Positions 46,632-57,024 of a stretch of 64,000 bases of DNA are shown here, in pieces (the stretch's first letter is position 1; each line of letters begins with the position of its first letter). The notes under the pieces are model-generated. The model had not been told where the DNA came from, searched no databases, and saw nothing but the letters and a program-made list of their open reading frames with translations. A program made the translations under genes and the position numbers. The stretch is from Polyangiales bacterium (GTDB lineage: Bacteria > Myxococcota_A > Polyangia > Polyangiales > Ga0077539): the NCBI GenBank assembly GCA_044229975.1, contig JBGARZ010000008.1:96001-160000 (forward strand), given 5' to 3'.

Positions 46632-48563
46632 ATGTCCCGTCGAAGTTTGGCGTTGGTGGTGGCGCTGCTTGGTTCAGCGCTCCCCTCCGTCGCGTCTGCA
46701 CAGACCGTCACGGGCTGGGCGCTCGACCGCTACGAGCCGACCACCATCGGCGACGTGTTCTTCATGGCGGAGCACCCCTGGTACTCCTCCACGCGCACGT
46801 TCTCCGTCGGCCTCATCGGCGACTACGCGGTCAACCCGCTGGTGCTGCGCCAGGAGTTCATGGGCGCCGGTGGCACCACCACGACCACCACCACCAACGT
46901 CATCTCGGGGCAGCTCCAGGCGCACCTCGGCGTCGCGGTCTCCTTCCTCGACCGCATCGGCATCGGGCTCTCGCTCCCGCTGTCCCTCTCGCAGTCGGGC
47001 GACGGCTCGCCCGCCGGCACCACCGCCATCGCCCCCGCCTCCGGCGTCGCCGTCGGTGACCTCCGCATCGGCGCGCGCGTCCGCCTCGTGGGCCACGCCG
47101 ACCGCGACCCCATCTCCCTCCACCTCGGCGCCAACCTCTGGGCCCCCATCGGTGATCGCGCCAACAACACCGGCGACGGCTCGGTGCGCTTCGAGCCGCG
47201 CCTCACCCTCGCGGGTCGCGCGAGCATCATCCGGTGGTCGTTCGGCGCGGCGTTCCAGATTCGCGGCGCGCTCGACGCGGTCAACCTCGCCATCGGCAAC
47301 GAGCTGCGCTTCAACGCCGCCATCGGCTTCGTCGCCGACGAGGGTCGCCTCACCATCGGGCCGGAAGCCTACGTCGCCACCTCCATCCGCGACCTCCCGT
47401 CGGCCGTCGGCCAGGGGAGCTCGGCCTTCGAGACGGGTCAGTGGGGCGGCGAGCTCATCCTCGGCGCGCACTACACCATCGCCGACACCGTGCAGGTGGG
47501 CCTCGGCGGCGGCGTCGGCCTGGAGCGTGGCTACGGCATCCCCGCCGGCCGCGGTCTGCTCTCCGTCGCCTACGCGCCCATCACCCGCGAGCGCCCGGCC
47601 GAGATCGGCGACCGCGACCACGACGGCGTGCTCGACCCCGACGACATCTGCCCCGACACCCCGCAGGGCCCGCACCCCGACCCGGCGCGCCGCGGCTGCC
47701 CCCTGCTCGACACCGACGGCGACGGCGTCTTCGACAACGAAGACATCTGCGTGACCGTTCCGCAGGGCGAGCACCCCGACCCCACGCGCCGCGGCTGCCC
47801 GTTGCCCGACAGCGACAGTGATGGCGTCTTCGACCCCGACGACCAGTGCGTGACCACGCCGCAGGGCGATCACCCCGACCCCGATCGCCGCGGCTGCCCC
47901 GATGGTGACCGCGACCACGACACCATCCTCGACCACGCCGACGTGTGTCCGGACGTGCATCGCGGGCCGTTCCCCGACCCGGCGCGCGTTGGTTGCCCGC
48001 TCAACGACCGCGACCATGACACGGTGCCCGACACGACCGACCACTGCCCCGACGTGCCGGGCGCTCCGTCGGAGAACCCGCTGCTCAACGGCTGCCCGGT
48101 GGGCGGCGTGGTGGTCGACGGTGGGCGCATCAACATCCTGACGCCGGTGTTCTTCGACACCGACCGGGACACCATCAAGGCGCAGAGCTTCCCGGTGCTG
48201 TCGCGCGTCGCGGACGTGCTGCGGACGGCGACGTTCATCCGCCGCATCCGCGTCGGCGGCCACACCGACGACCGCGGCGATCACGATCACAACGTCGACC
48301 TGTCCAACCGCCGCGCCATCGCGGTCATGCGCTGGCTCACCGAGCACGGCATCGACTCGACCCGCATGGAGGCTCAAGGCTACGGCCCCGACGTGGCGAT
48401 CGCGTCCAACCAGACCGTGGTGGGCCGCGCCCGCAACCGCCGCGTGGAGTTCGTCATCCTCGACCCCGCGCAGCCGGCCAACACCATGACCCAGTCCGCC
48501 GCGACCGCCGACCCCGGCGACGTGCGCGACACCAACAGCCGCCGCCGCCGCACGCCGCGCTGA
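46632..48563 (+). CDS. OmpA-family outer-membrane protein: beta-barrel, TSP3 repeats, OmpA domain (TraB-like architecture)
   Basis: Signal peptide ASA-Q; five DxDxDG(V/I)xDxxDxCP-type repeats; VGGHTD...NRRVEF. Confidence 0.9.
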   Translation: MSRRSLALVVALLGSALPSVASAQTVTGWALDRYEPTTIGDVFFMAEHPWYSSTRTFSVGLIGDYAVNPLVLRQEFMGAGGTTTTTTTNVISGQLQAHLGVAVSFLDRIGIGLSLPLSLSQSGDGSPAGTTAIAPASGVAVGDLRIGARVRLVGHADRDPISLHLGANLWAPIGDRANNTGDGSVRFEPRLTLAGRASIIRWSFGAAFQIRGALDAVNLAIGNELRFNAAIGFVADEGRLTIGPEAYVATSIRDLPSAVGQGSSAFETGQWGGELILGAHYTIADTVQVGLGGGVGLERGYGIPAGRGLLSVAYAPITRERPAEIGDRDHDGVLDPDDICPDTPQGPHPDPARRGCPLLDTDGDGVFDNEDICVTVPQGEHPDPTRRGCPLPDSDSDGVFDPDDQCVTTPQGDHPDPDRRGCPDGDRDHDTILDHADVCPDVHRGPFPDPARVGCPLNDRDHDTVPDTTDHCPDVPGAPSENPLLNGCPVGGVVVDGGRINILTPVFFDTDRDTIKAQSFPVLSRVADVLRTATFIRRIRVGGHTDDRGDHDHNVDLSNRRAIAVMRWLTEHGIDSTRMEAQGYGPDVAIASNQTVVGRARNRRVEFVILDPAQPANTMTQSAATADPGDVRDTNSRRRRTPR

Positions 48564-48662
48564 TCTGCCCCGCCACCTCGCGCTCCTTCCCTGCCTCCTC
48601 CCCGGTGGTGTCCGACTTAGGACACTTATTTCTCGGCGTCTCCAAAGTAGGACAACTCGCCT

Positions 48663-48898
48663 CGCTCACGCCGGAGTTCACCGTGCCGCCCCTGCGCCCG
48701 CCGCGCTCGGTTCACTCCGGGCTATTTCACGCGGATGGCCCCGCCGAAGCGGGGCTCAGGAGGCCCCCATGAAGGCATTCGATGGTCCCTGGGCGGAGGC
48801 ACGGAGCCCCGCTTCGGCGGGGCCATCCGCGTGAAATAGCCCGGAGTGAACCGAGCGCGGCGGGCGCAGGGGCGGCACGGTGAACTCCGGCGTGAGCG
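48663..48898. repeat. Long intergenic inverted repeat HP3 (95-bp perfect arms, 46-bp spacer)
   Basis: 48663..48757 is the reverse complement of 48804..48898; closely related to HP2. Confidence 0.95.
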
Positions 48899-49003
48899 CG
48901 TCGGGCTCTCAGCTTGGGACACTGCGCCTCAAACTCGGACACTACCTCCTCCCCCGCACCATCGACAGCCCGGACGCTCCTGCGCTAGCGTGGGAGCCGC
49001 TCC

Positions 49004-49198
49004 ATGGCCGCCAAGACCGCCAAGAAGGAACGCTCGTTCGGCTGGGCTCCGCTCGTGCTGATGACGCTGGGCTACGTGATCCTCACGTACTTCCGCGACA
49101 CCATCGGGCCGCTGACCTCCGCGCCGGGCTTCTACCGCATCTCCGAGGACACCCCGGAGCCGCGCCGCGGCTGCATCATCCCGCGCGCGAGCCCGTAG
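49004..49198 (+). CDS. Small hypothetical single-TM protein
   Basis: GGGAG upstream; basic N-terminus, then a TM segment; GC3-biased codons; stop abuts the convergent gene. Confidence 0.45.
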   Translation: MAAKTAKKERSFGWAPLVLMTLGYVILTYFRDTIGPLTSAPGFYRISEDTPEPRRGCIIPRASP

Positions 49199-50320
49199 CT
49201 ACGCCGCCACGCCCTGCGGCAGGTGGATGACGAAGGACGTCGCCCACGACGCCCGGTGCTCCACCCCGATGGAGCCGCCGAGCGCCTCGACCGCCCGCTT
49301 GCTGAAGTACAGACCCAGACCCGCGTTGCCCATCTGCGCGACCTCGCTGCTCCCGCGGCGAAACTTCTCGAAGATGCGCGCGCGCTCGACCTCCGGGATG
49401 GCCACGCCGTCGTTGGAGACCGAGACCTCCACGTCGCCGTCGGTCTCCAGGCCGACGCGGATGCGACCGTCCTTCGGGGTGTACCGCAGGGCGTTGTCGA
49501 GGAGGTTCTCCAGCACGCGACGCAGCAGCGCGCGGTCGGTGTTGACCAGCAGCGGCGTCTCCGGCGGCGCGAGGAGACGCACGCCCCGCTCGGCCGCCTG
49601 GGGCTCGTAGGTCTCCACCACGCCGTGCAGCATCTGCGAGAGGGCGACGGGCTCGCGCAGCAGCGGCAGGCTCGCGGCCTCCATGCGCGAGATGGTCAGC
49701 AGGTCGTTGATCATCGAGCGCAGACGACTGGCCGCCTCGCGCGAGTCGTGGACGATGGGCGCCAGCTCGGGGTGCGTGCGAACCACGCCGTGCTGGAGGG
49801 CGTCGAGCCCGGCGTACACCACGCCCAGCGGGCTCCGCAGGTCGTGCACGATGAACGCCGTCAGCTCGCGCTGCTCGCGCTGCGCCGCTTCGAGCGCGGC
49901 GTGGCGACGACCCAGCTCGTCACGCGAGCGTTGCAGCTCGTCGCGCGAGTCCTTCAAGGCCAGCAGCGTGCGAACGCGCGCGAGGAGGATGGGCACGTCG
50001 ATGGGCTTCTCCAGAAACTCATCGGCTCCTGCTTCGAGGCCGCGCAGGCGGTGTTCGCGCTCGATGCTCGCGGTGACCAGCACCACCGGGACGTGACGCC
50101 CCTCCTCGCTCGCGCGCAGGCGGGTGAGCACCTCGACGCCGTCCATGCCCGGCATCATCAGGTCGAGCAGGATGAGATCGGGCCGGTCGCGCTTCACCAT
50201 CGCGAGCGCCGTCGCGCCGTCCGTCGCGCGCAGCAGGCCGTAGCCGTACGGCAGCAGGATCGCTTCGAGCGCGAGGAGGTTTCGCGGGTGATCGTCGACC
50301 AGCAGGATCCGGTGCGTCAT
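49199..50320 (-). CDS. Hybrid receiver-histidine kinase (REC-HisKA-HATPase)
   Basis: ILLVDD, LDLMMPGMDG and KP; HDLRSPL H-box; NLLDNA and GLGL. Confidence 0.93.
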   Translation of the reverse strand: MTHRILLVDDHPRNLLALEAILLPYGYGLLRATDGATALAMVKRDRPDLILLDLMMPGMDGVEVLTRLRASEEGRHVPVVLVTASIEREHRLRGLEAGADEFLEKPIDVPILLARVRTLLALKDSRDELQRSRDELGRRHAALEAAQREQRELTAFIVHDLRSPLGVVYAGLDALQHGVVRTHPELAPIVHDSREAASRLRSMINDLLTISRMEAASLPLLREPVALSQMLHGVVETYEPQAAERGVRLLAPPETPLLVNTDRALLRRVLENLLDNALRYTPKDGRIRVGLETDGDVEVSVSNDGVAIPEVERARIFEKFRRGSSEVAQMGNAGLGLYFSKRAVEALGGSIGVEHRASWATSFVIHLPQGVAA

Positions 50321-50539
50321 TCGTCGTGGCTCTCCTTTCCCCGGTGGGTCACTCCGTCGAACTGAACTCGTGCGGACCCTCACTTCATGAGGAGCCCGAC
50401 TCCCAACGGTAACCCCCTCAATCTCCGGGTGGGCATCGTGCGGTGTGACGAGGTCGTCCATGTGGCGCTATGGTGCGCGCCGCGCGAAACCGCAGGCGAA
50501 CCGTCACCTGCGCGAAGACAGAGACCACCGAAAGCTCCC

Positions 50540-52477
50540 ATGGCAACGCACCCTGGACCGCCCGCTGATGTTCCGTCCGTCCTGAAGCAGCTCCACCGCC
50601 CGAAGCGCGCGGTCGTCACGGCGGGGATGCCCTACGCCAACGGCCCGCTGCACCTCGGTCACCTCGCGGGCGCGCACCTCCCGCCGGACATCTACGCCCG
50701 CTGGCTGGGCATGCTCATCGGCCGCGACAACGTCCTCTTCGTGTGCGGCACCGACGAGCACGGCTCCACCAGCGAGCTCGCCGCGCTCAACGCGGGTGTG
50801 CCCATCCGGGAGTTCATCGACGGCATCCACGACCGGCAGAAGCGCACCCTGGAGCGCTACTCCATCAGCCTCGACACCTTCAGCGGAACCTCCCGCCCCG
50901 ACACCTTCCCCATCCACCAGGAGGTCTGTCAGGACTTCCTCCGTCGGCTCCACGCCAACGGGCTGCTGGAGAAGCGCGCGAGCCGCCAGTGGTTCGACCC
51001 GAAGGTGCAGCGCTTCCTGCCCGATCGCTTCGTGCGCGGGCGGTGCCCCAACCCGAAGTGCGACAACCTCGAAGCGTTCAGTGACGAGTGCGACCGCTGC
51101 GGCGCGCAGTACGAGCCGACGGCCCTCATCGACCCGCGCAGCAGTGTGAGCGACGCCACGCCCGAGATGCGCGACACGACCCATTGGTTTCTCGACATGT
51201 GGTCGGTGTCCGAGACGCTGCGCGAGTGGCTGCAGGCGAAGCAGAAGACCTGGCGGGCTTCGATGCTGGCTGACGTGCTCGACCGGGTGATGCCGTCGCT
51301 GCGCTTCGCGGGTGACCGCGAGAAGGACTACGTCGCGATCAAGGCGACGCTGCCGAAGCACAAGAGCAAGTACGCGCAGGGCAAGCAGGTGGTGTTGCAG
51401 TTCGGCAACAAGGTCGACCTCGACACCGGGCGCACGATGCTGAAGGAGCTCGGCATCGAGACGGCGCTGGTGTCCGAGTGGGCGCACCGGTCGATCACGC
51501 GCGACATCGCGTGGGGCGTTCCGCTGCCCGAGCTCGACGCCGACTTCGACGTCACGGGGAAGACGCTCTACGTGTGGCCCGACTCGCTCATCGCGCCGAT
51601 CTCGTTCACGCAGGTGGCGCTGAAGGAGCGGGGCGAAGACCCGTCGCGCGTCGACGAGTTCTGGCGCGACCCGGAGTCGCGGATCGTCCAGTTTCTCGGG
51701 CAGGACAACGTGTTCTTCTACGTGCTGATGCAGGGCGCGATGTGGCTCGGCACGCAGGCCGACCCGCACCGTCAGCCGCGCGTGGGCGAGCTCCAGATGA
51801 CCGACATCTTCGGCTGCTTCCACCTGCTGGTGAACGGCGAGAAGATGAGCAAGACGCGCGGCAACTTCTACTCGGGCGACCAGCTCCTCGACGAGAAGGG
51901 CTACACGGCCGACCAGCTCCGCTACTACCTCGCGCTGCTCGGGCTCCCGGAGAAGTCGTCGGACTTCGACTTCAACAAGCTCGACGAACGCAATCGCTTC
52001 CTCGCGGGCCCCATGAACGCCGCCTTCGAGAAGCCCATCTCCGCGGCGCACGCGCGCTTCGGGGGTGTGGTTCCCGATGGGGTGCTGCTCGACAAGGTGG
52101 CGGCCGACACGCTGCGCATCGTGCAGCGCTACGTGCGCTCGATGGACAAGGCCGACTACCCCACGCTGCTCTACGAGATCGAGAACTACGCGCGCACCAT
52201 CAACAGCTTGTTCACGCAGCACAAGCCGCACGACGACCGGCACCCCGAGGAGGCGCGGCGCAACGCGCTCTACTCGTGCTTCTACGTGCTCAAGACGCTG
52301 ATGATCATGCTGTACCCCTTCGTGCCCGACACGATGGACCGGCTGCGCGAGTCGCTGCGGCTGCCGAAGACGGTGTTCAACGTCGACGAGCTGGGTACGC
52401 CCATCGCCGCGGGCCACGAGCTCGGAGCGAAGGACGTGTACTTCCCCGCGGTGGCCGAAGCGCCCGCCGCGACGTAG
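50540..52477 (+). CDS. metG: Methionyl-tRNA synthetase, MetRS2-like, no C-terminal tRNA-binding domain
   Basis: PYANGPLHLGH, GTDEHG, CPNPKC...CDRC, RSITRD..WG, YVWPD, GQDN and KMSKT. Confidence 0.92.
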   Translation: MATHPGPPADVPSVLKQLHRPKRAVVTAGMPYANGPLHLGHLAGAHLPPDIYARWLGMLIGRDNVLFVCGTDEHGSTSELAALNAGVPIREFIDGIHDRQKRTLERYSISLDTFSGTSRPDTFPIHQEVCQDFLRRLHANGLLEKRASRQWFDPKVQRFLPDRFVRGRCPNPKCDNLEAFSDECDRCGAQYEPTALIDPRSSVSDATPEMRDTTHWFLDMWSVSETLREWLQAKQKTWRASMLADVLDRVMPSLRFAGDREKDYVAIKATLPKHKSKYAQGKQVVLQFGNKVDLDTGRTMLKELGIETALVSEWAHRSITRDIAWGVPLPELDADFDVTGKTLYVWPDSLIAPISFTQVALKERGEDPSRVDEFWRDPESRIVQFLGQDNVFFYVLMQGAMWLGTQADPHRQPRVGELQMTDIFGCFHLLVNGEKMSKTRGNFYSGDQLLDEKGYTADQLRYYLALLGLPEKSSDFDFNKLDERNRFLAGPMNAAFEKPISAAHARFGGVVPDGVLLDKVAADTLRIVQRYVRSMDKADYPTLLYEIENYARTINSLFTQHKPHDDRHPEEARRNALYSCFYVLKTLMIMLYPFVPDTMDRLRESLRLPKTVFNVDELGTPIAAGHELGAKDVYFPAVAEAPAAT

Positions 52478-52480
52478 CCG

Positions 52481-53458
52481 TCAAAACGCCACCACGCAGC
52501 TCGCGCCGCCCCATGTCGGCGCGCACCGCAGCGACACCCGCGTCGATCCCGCGCGCGGCGCCGTCGCCAGCAGCGCCACGCCCGTCCCCAGCAGCACACC
52601 GCCCGCGACGTACCCGGTGACCATCAGCGCCGTCGCGAGGTCGATGGTCGACACCCGATCGACGCACTCGCTGCCGCCCACCACCGCGCCCGTCACGCCA
52701 TCGTACCCGCAGCCGAAGTCCGTCGCGCTCGCGACCGACACCTCGCGCGCCACGTGGCTCGCCACGCCGCCGATCACCAGCACCCCGCCCGTCACCACCG
52801 ACGCGAGACCCAGCGTCGACCACACCGGGCTCCGTGTCGGAACCTCCACCCGCGCGGGCGGCCCCACCACGACCACCTCGGGCCGCTCGACCGGCGCCAC
52901 CGACTGCACCGCGACCAGCGTCACCGTCTCGCGCGCCATCTCGCTCGCGGTCACCACCACCGAGCGCTGCGCCGTCACGTAGCCCGCGGCGCTCACCTCC
53001 AGCAGCACCGTCCCCGCGCTCGCCCAGAGCGGCTCGGACAGCGGCAGCGTCCCGCCGTCGCGGCCGTCGACGCGCACCGTGGCGCCCTCCACGGCACCCA
53101 GCACCTCGATGCGACCGAGGTGCTCGCGGATGGTCCGACGCTCCTCTTCGAGCGACGCGCGGCGCGCGGTGATCCACGGGTCGCCCTCCGTCGCGAGGGC
53201 CTCGCTCATGTGCTGCTGGGCGTCGAGCCAGCGACCGAGCGCCTGCTCCGCGCGCGCCATCTGGGCTCGCGCACGAGGCGAGTGCGTCTCGTCCCACAGG
53301 GCGGTGAGCCGGGTGAGTGCCTCGGCGTCGCGTTGCTGCATCCGCAGCGCGAGGGCCTCCGCGATGCGAGCGTCCAGGGTCGTCGGGTCGGGCGGAGTCT
53401 GCGCCGACGCCGCGCCCCCCATCAGCGCCACCACGAGCGCGACACCAACGGGTCTCAC
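52481..53458 (-). CDS. PEGA-domain protein with TPR-like N-terminus and C-terminal TM segments
   Basis: Signal peptide; GATVRVDG...GTLPL...VSAAGY PEGA motif. Confidence 0.85.
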   Translation of the reverse strand: MRPVGVALVVALMGGAASAQTPPDPTTLDARIAEALALRMQQRDAEALTRLTALWDETHSPRARAQMARAEQALGRWLDAQQHMSEALATEGDPWITARRASLEEERRTIREHLGRIEVLGAVEGATVRVDGRDGGTLPLSEPLWASAGTVLLEVSAAGYVTAQRSVVVTASEMARETVTLVAVQSVAPVERPEVVVVGPPARVEVPTRSPVWSTLGLASVVTGGVLVIGGVASHVAREVSVASATDFGCGYDGVTGAVVGGSECVDRVSTIDLATALMVTGYVAGGVLLGTGVALLATAPRAGSTRVSLRCAPTWGGASCVVAF

Positions 53459-53583
53459 GGGCGCGCCTCTTCAGGTCGTTGCACCCGCTGGCGAGCCGGG
53501 GTGCAGGCGCGGGACGCGACCAACCCCGGTCTGCGAGCAGCCGCAACGACCTTGCGAAGAGTAGCTCCCACCGCCGCGACCGA

Positions 53584-54975
53584 TCAGTCCTCGATCACCG
53601 AGCCGTTGGGGCCCAGCACCCGTCGCCGCACGCCCGCGTCGACCGCCGCACCACTCCCCGCGTCGGAGCCGCCCGTCCGCACGTCGGTCCGCCGCGTCGT
53701 CGGTGGGCGCTGCGCGACGCGCACCACCGGCGGCGTCGGAACCACCACCGGCGCCGCAGCCGCCACCGCCACCGGCGCCGCAGCCGCCACCACCACCGGC
53801 GCGGGCGTCTCTTCGTGCCTCGGCACCACGGCCGGCACGGGCGCCACCGCGCGCTCCGAGCGCAGCGCATCGATGCCCGCCAGCGCCAGCGCGATCGCCG
53901 CCGTCGCGCCCAGGACCACCGGCCACCGCGGACCCGACGTCGGGCGGCCGTCGGGCCGGTGCAGCGTCTGCGGATCGACCTCGCGGGAGAGCTGCCCCGG
54001 CGTCGCCGAGGCCCGGGCGGGGGGCGCCGCCGGAGCGAGCTCCACCGGGCCGCCGACGAAGACCTCCGACCACTCCTCTCGCGCCTTCGCCGAGGCGAAG
54101 GGCAGCAGCGCCGCGCCCATCGCCCGCGCCGACTCGAAGCGCGCCGCGGGGGACTTCTCCAGCGCCCGCAGCACCACCGCCTCCAACGCTGCGGGGAGAT
54201 CCGTACGCAGCTCGCGCGGTGGCTTCACGGGCTGCGTCGCCACGCGGTGCAGGATGGAGATCATCCCCTCGCCCTCGAAGGCCCGGCGCCCCGTCAGGCA
54301 CTCGTAGAGAATCGCCCCCAGCGAGAACTGATCGCTGCGACCGTCGATGTCGCGGAAGTTCTCGGCCTGCTCGGGGGACATGTACGAGGGCGTGCCGAGC
54401 AGCGCGCCGGAGCCGGTGAGCGTCCCTTTCTGATCGGGCAGGTCGCCGCCGAGCTTCACGATGCCGAAGTCGAGCACCTTGGGAACCGCCGCCCCGCGCG
54501 GCCCCACCCTCGCCAGGAAGATGTTGTCGGGCTTCAGGTCGCGGTGAACGATGCCCTGCCCGTGCGCCATCGCGATGGCGTCGAGCACCGGCAACAACAC
54601 GTCGAGCGTCGCCTCGGCGCTCATCGCTCCGTCGCGCTCGCAGCGCGCGCGCAGCGTCTCGCCCTCCAGAAACTCCATCACCAGGTACGGCTGCCCCTCG
54701 AACACCCCGACGTCGGTGACGTCCACCACGTGCGGGTGCCGCATCGCCGACGCCGCCACCGCCTCACGCGAGAACCGCGCCCGCACCGTCGGGTGCAGCG
54801 CAAACTCACGGTGCAGCACCTTCAGCGCGACGCGCTTCTTCAGCTCGCGGTGCGTCGCCTCGTAGACCGCGCCGAAGCCTCCGCGACCGAGGAGCGCGAC
54901 GACCTCGTACCGCCCGAGCCGCGTGCCCGGCAGCAGGTCTTCGGGGGGTTCCGATGGGTCGGGCAGCGACTGCAC
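53584..54975 (-). CDS. Hanks-type Ser/Thr protein kinase with TM segment
   Basis: GRGGFGAVY, VALK, HRDLKPDN, DFG and GTPSYMSPE. Confidence 0.95.
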   Translation of the reverse strand: MQSLPDPSEPPEDLLPGTRLGRYEVVALLGRGGFGAVYEATHRELKKRVALKVLHREFALHPTVRARFSREAVAASAMRHPHVVDVTDVGVFEGQPYLVMEFLEGETLRARCERDGAMSAEATLDVLLPVLDAIAMAHGQGIVHRDLKPDNIFLARVGPRGAAVPKVLDFGIVKLGGDLPDQKGTLTGSGALLGTPSYMSPEQAENFRDIDGRSDQFSLGAILYECLTGRRAFEGEGMISILHRVATQPVKPPRELRTDLPAALEAVVLRALEKSPAARFESARAMGAALLPFASAKAREEWSEVFVGGPVELAPAAPPARASATPGQLSREVDPQTLHRPDGRPTSGPRWPVVLGATAAIALALAGIDALRSERAVAPVPAVVPRHEETPAPVVVAAAAPVAVAAAAPVVVPTPPVVRVAQRPPTTRRTDVRTGGSDAGSGAAVDAGVRRRVLGPNGSVIED

Positions 54976-55003
54976 GCGCGGCAGTATGCCAGAAGCTCAG
55001 CCG

Positions 55004-56437
<1,434 letters not shown>

Positions 56438-56526
56438 GCTCGTCCTCGGCTGACTCCCCTCCACGTCCCTTCCCCACGACGCAGGCCGCGCCCCCAGTGA
56501 CGGGCGCGGAGAGTCTTCGAGGTCCG

Positions 56527-56988
56527 ATGAGCAGGTCATTGCCCTGGTTTTTACGGCTTTGCCGCGGCGCGCTCGCTCGCCGCGACGTCATCGAGCGGAT
56601 GTCCCACGCGCTCCATCGCGCGCATCGGGTCGACCCCGGCGAGGCGCTGCACGCGTTCGGGTTCAAGTGCGACGAGCTGGTCTTCGCGCGCTCGTTGCTG
56701 GAGCGTCACCCGCGCTTCTGGCTGTTTCGCACCCATCAACAGCGGCGCTGCGGCGACTTCGCCGTCGTCGACCTGTCGTCGCCCGACCCGACGCGACGGG
56801 TGCTCCGCGTGCTGGAGCTGAAGCGCGCGGAGGCTGTTCGGGTCGACCGCGGCGCCGGACTTCAGTTGGCCAACGCCGCGGCGCTGGGCGCGCTTCTGGC
56901 GGAGACGGGCGTCGTCGCGGAGGGCGCGGCCATCGAGCGGTTGACGGGCGACGGGCGGGCGCTCGCGACCTGGCTCGGTGGTGCGTAG
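56527..56988 (+). CDS. Hypothetical protein, possible PD-(D/E)XK nuclease fold
   Basis: Helix containing Glu, then CGDFAVVD...VLELK. Confidence 0.55.
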   Translation: MSRSLPWFLRLCRGALARRDVIERMSHALHRAHRVDPGEALHAFGFKCDELVFARSLLERHPRFWLFRTHQQRRCGDFAVVDLSSPDPTRRVLRVLELKRAEAVRVDRGAGLQLANAAALGALLAETGVVAEGAAIERLTGDGRALATWLGGA

Positions 56989-57024
56989 GTCCATCGGCCG
57001 GACGGTGTACCGTCGCGGCTACTC

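Noticed and set aside
50330..50539. SAM riboswitch or T-box upstream of the stand-alone metG
   Set aside because: Only a small hairpin (CGCAGG...CCTGCG) is visible; I could not find SAM-I/II, SAH or T-box consensus elements. An Rfam scan would settle it
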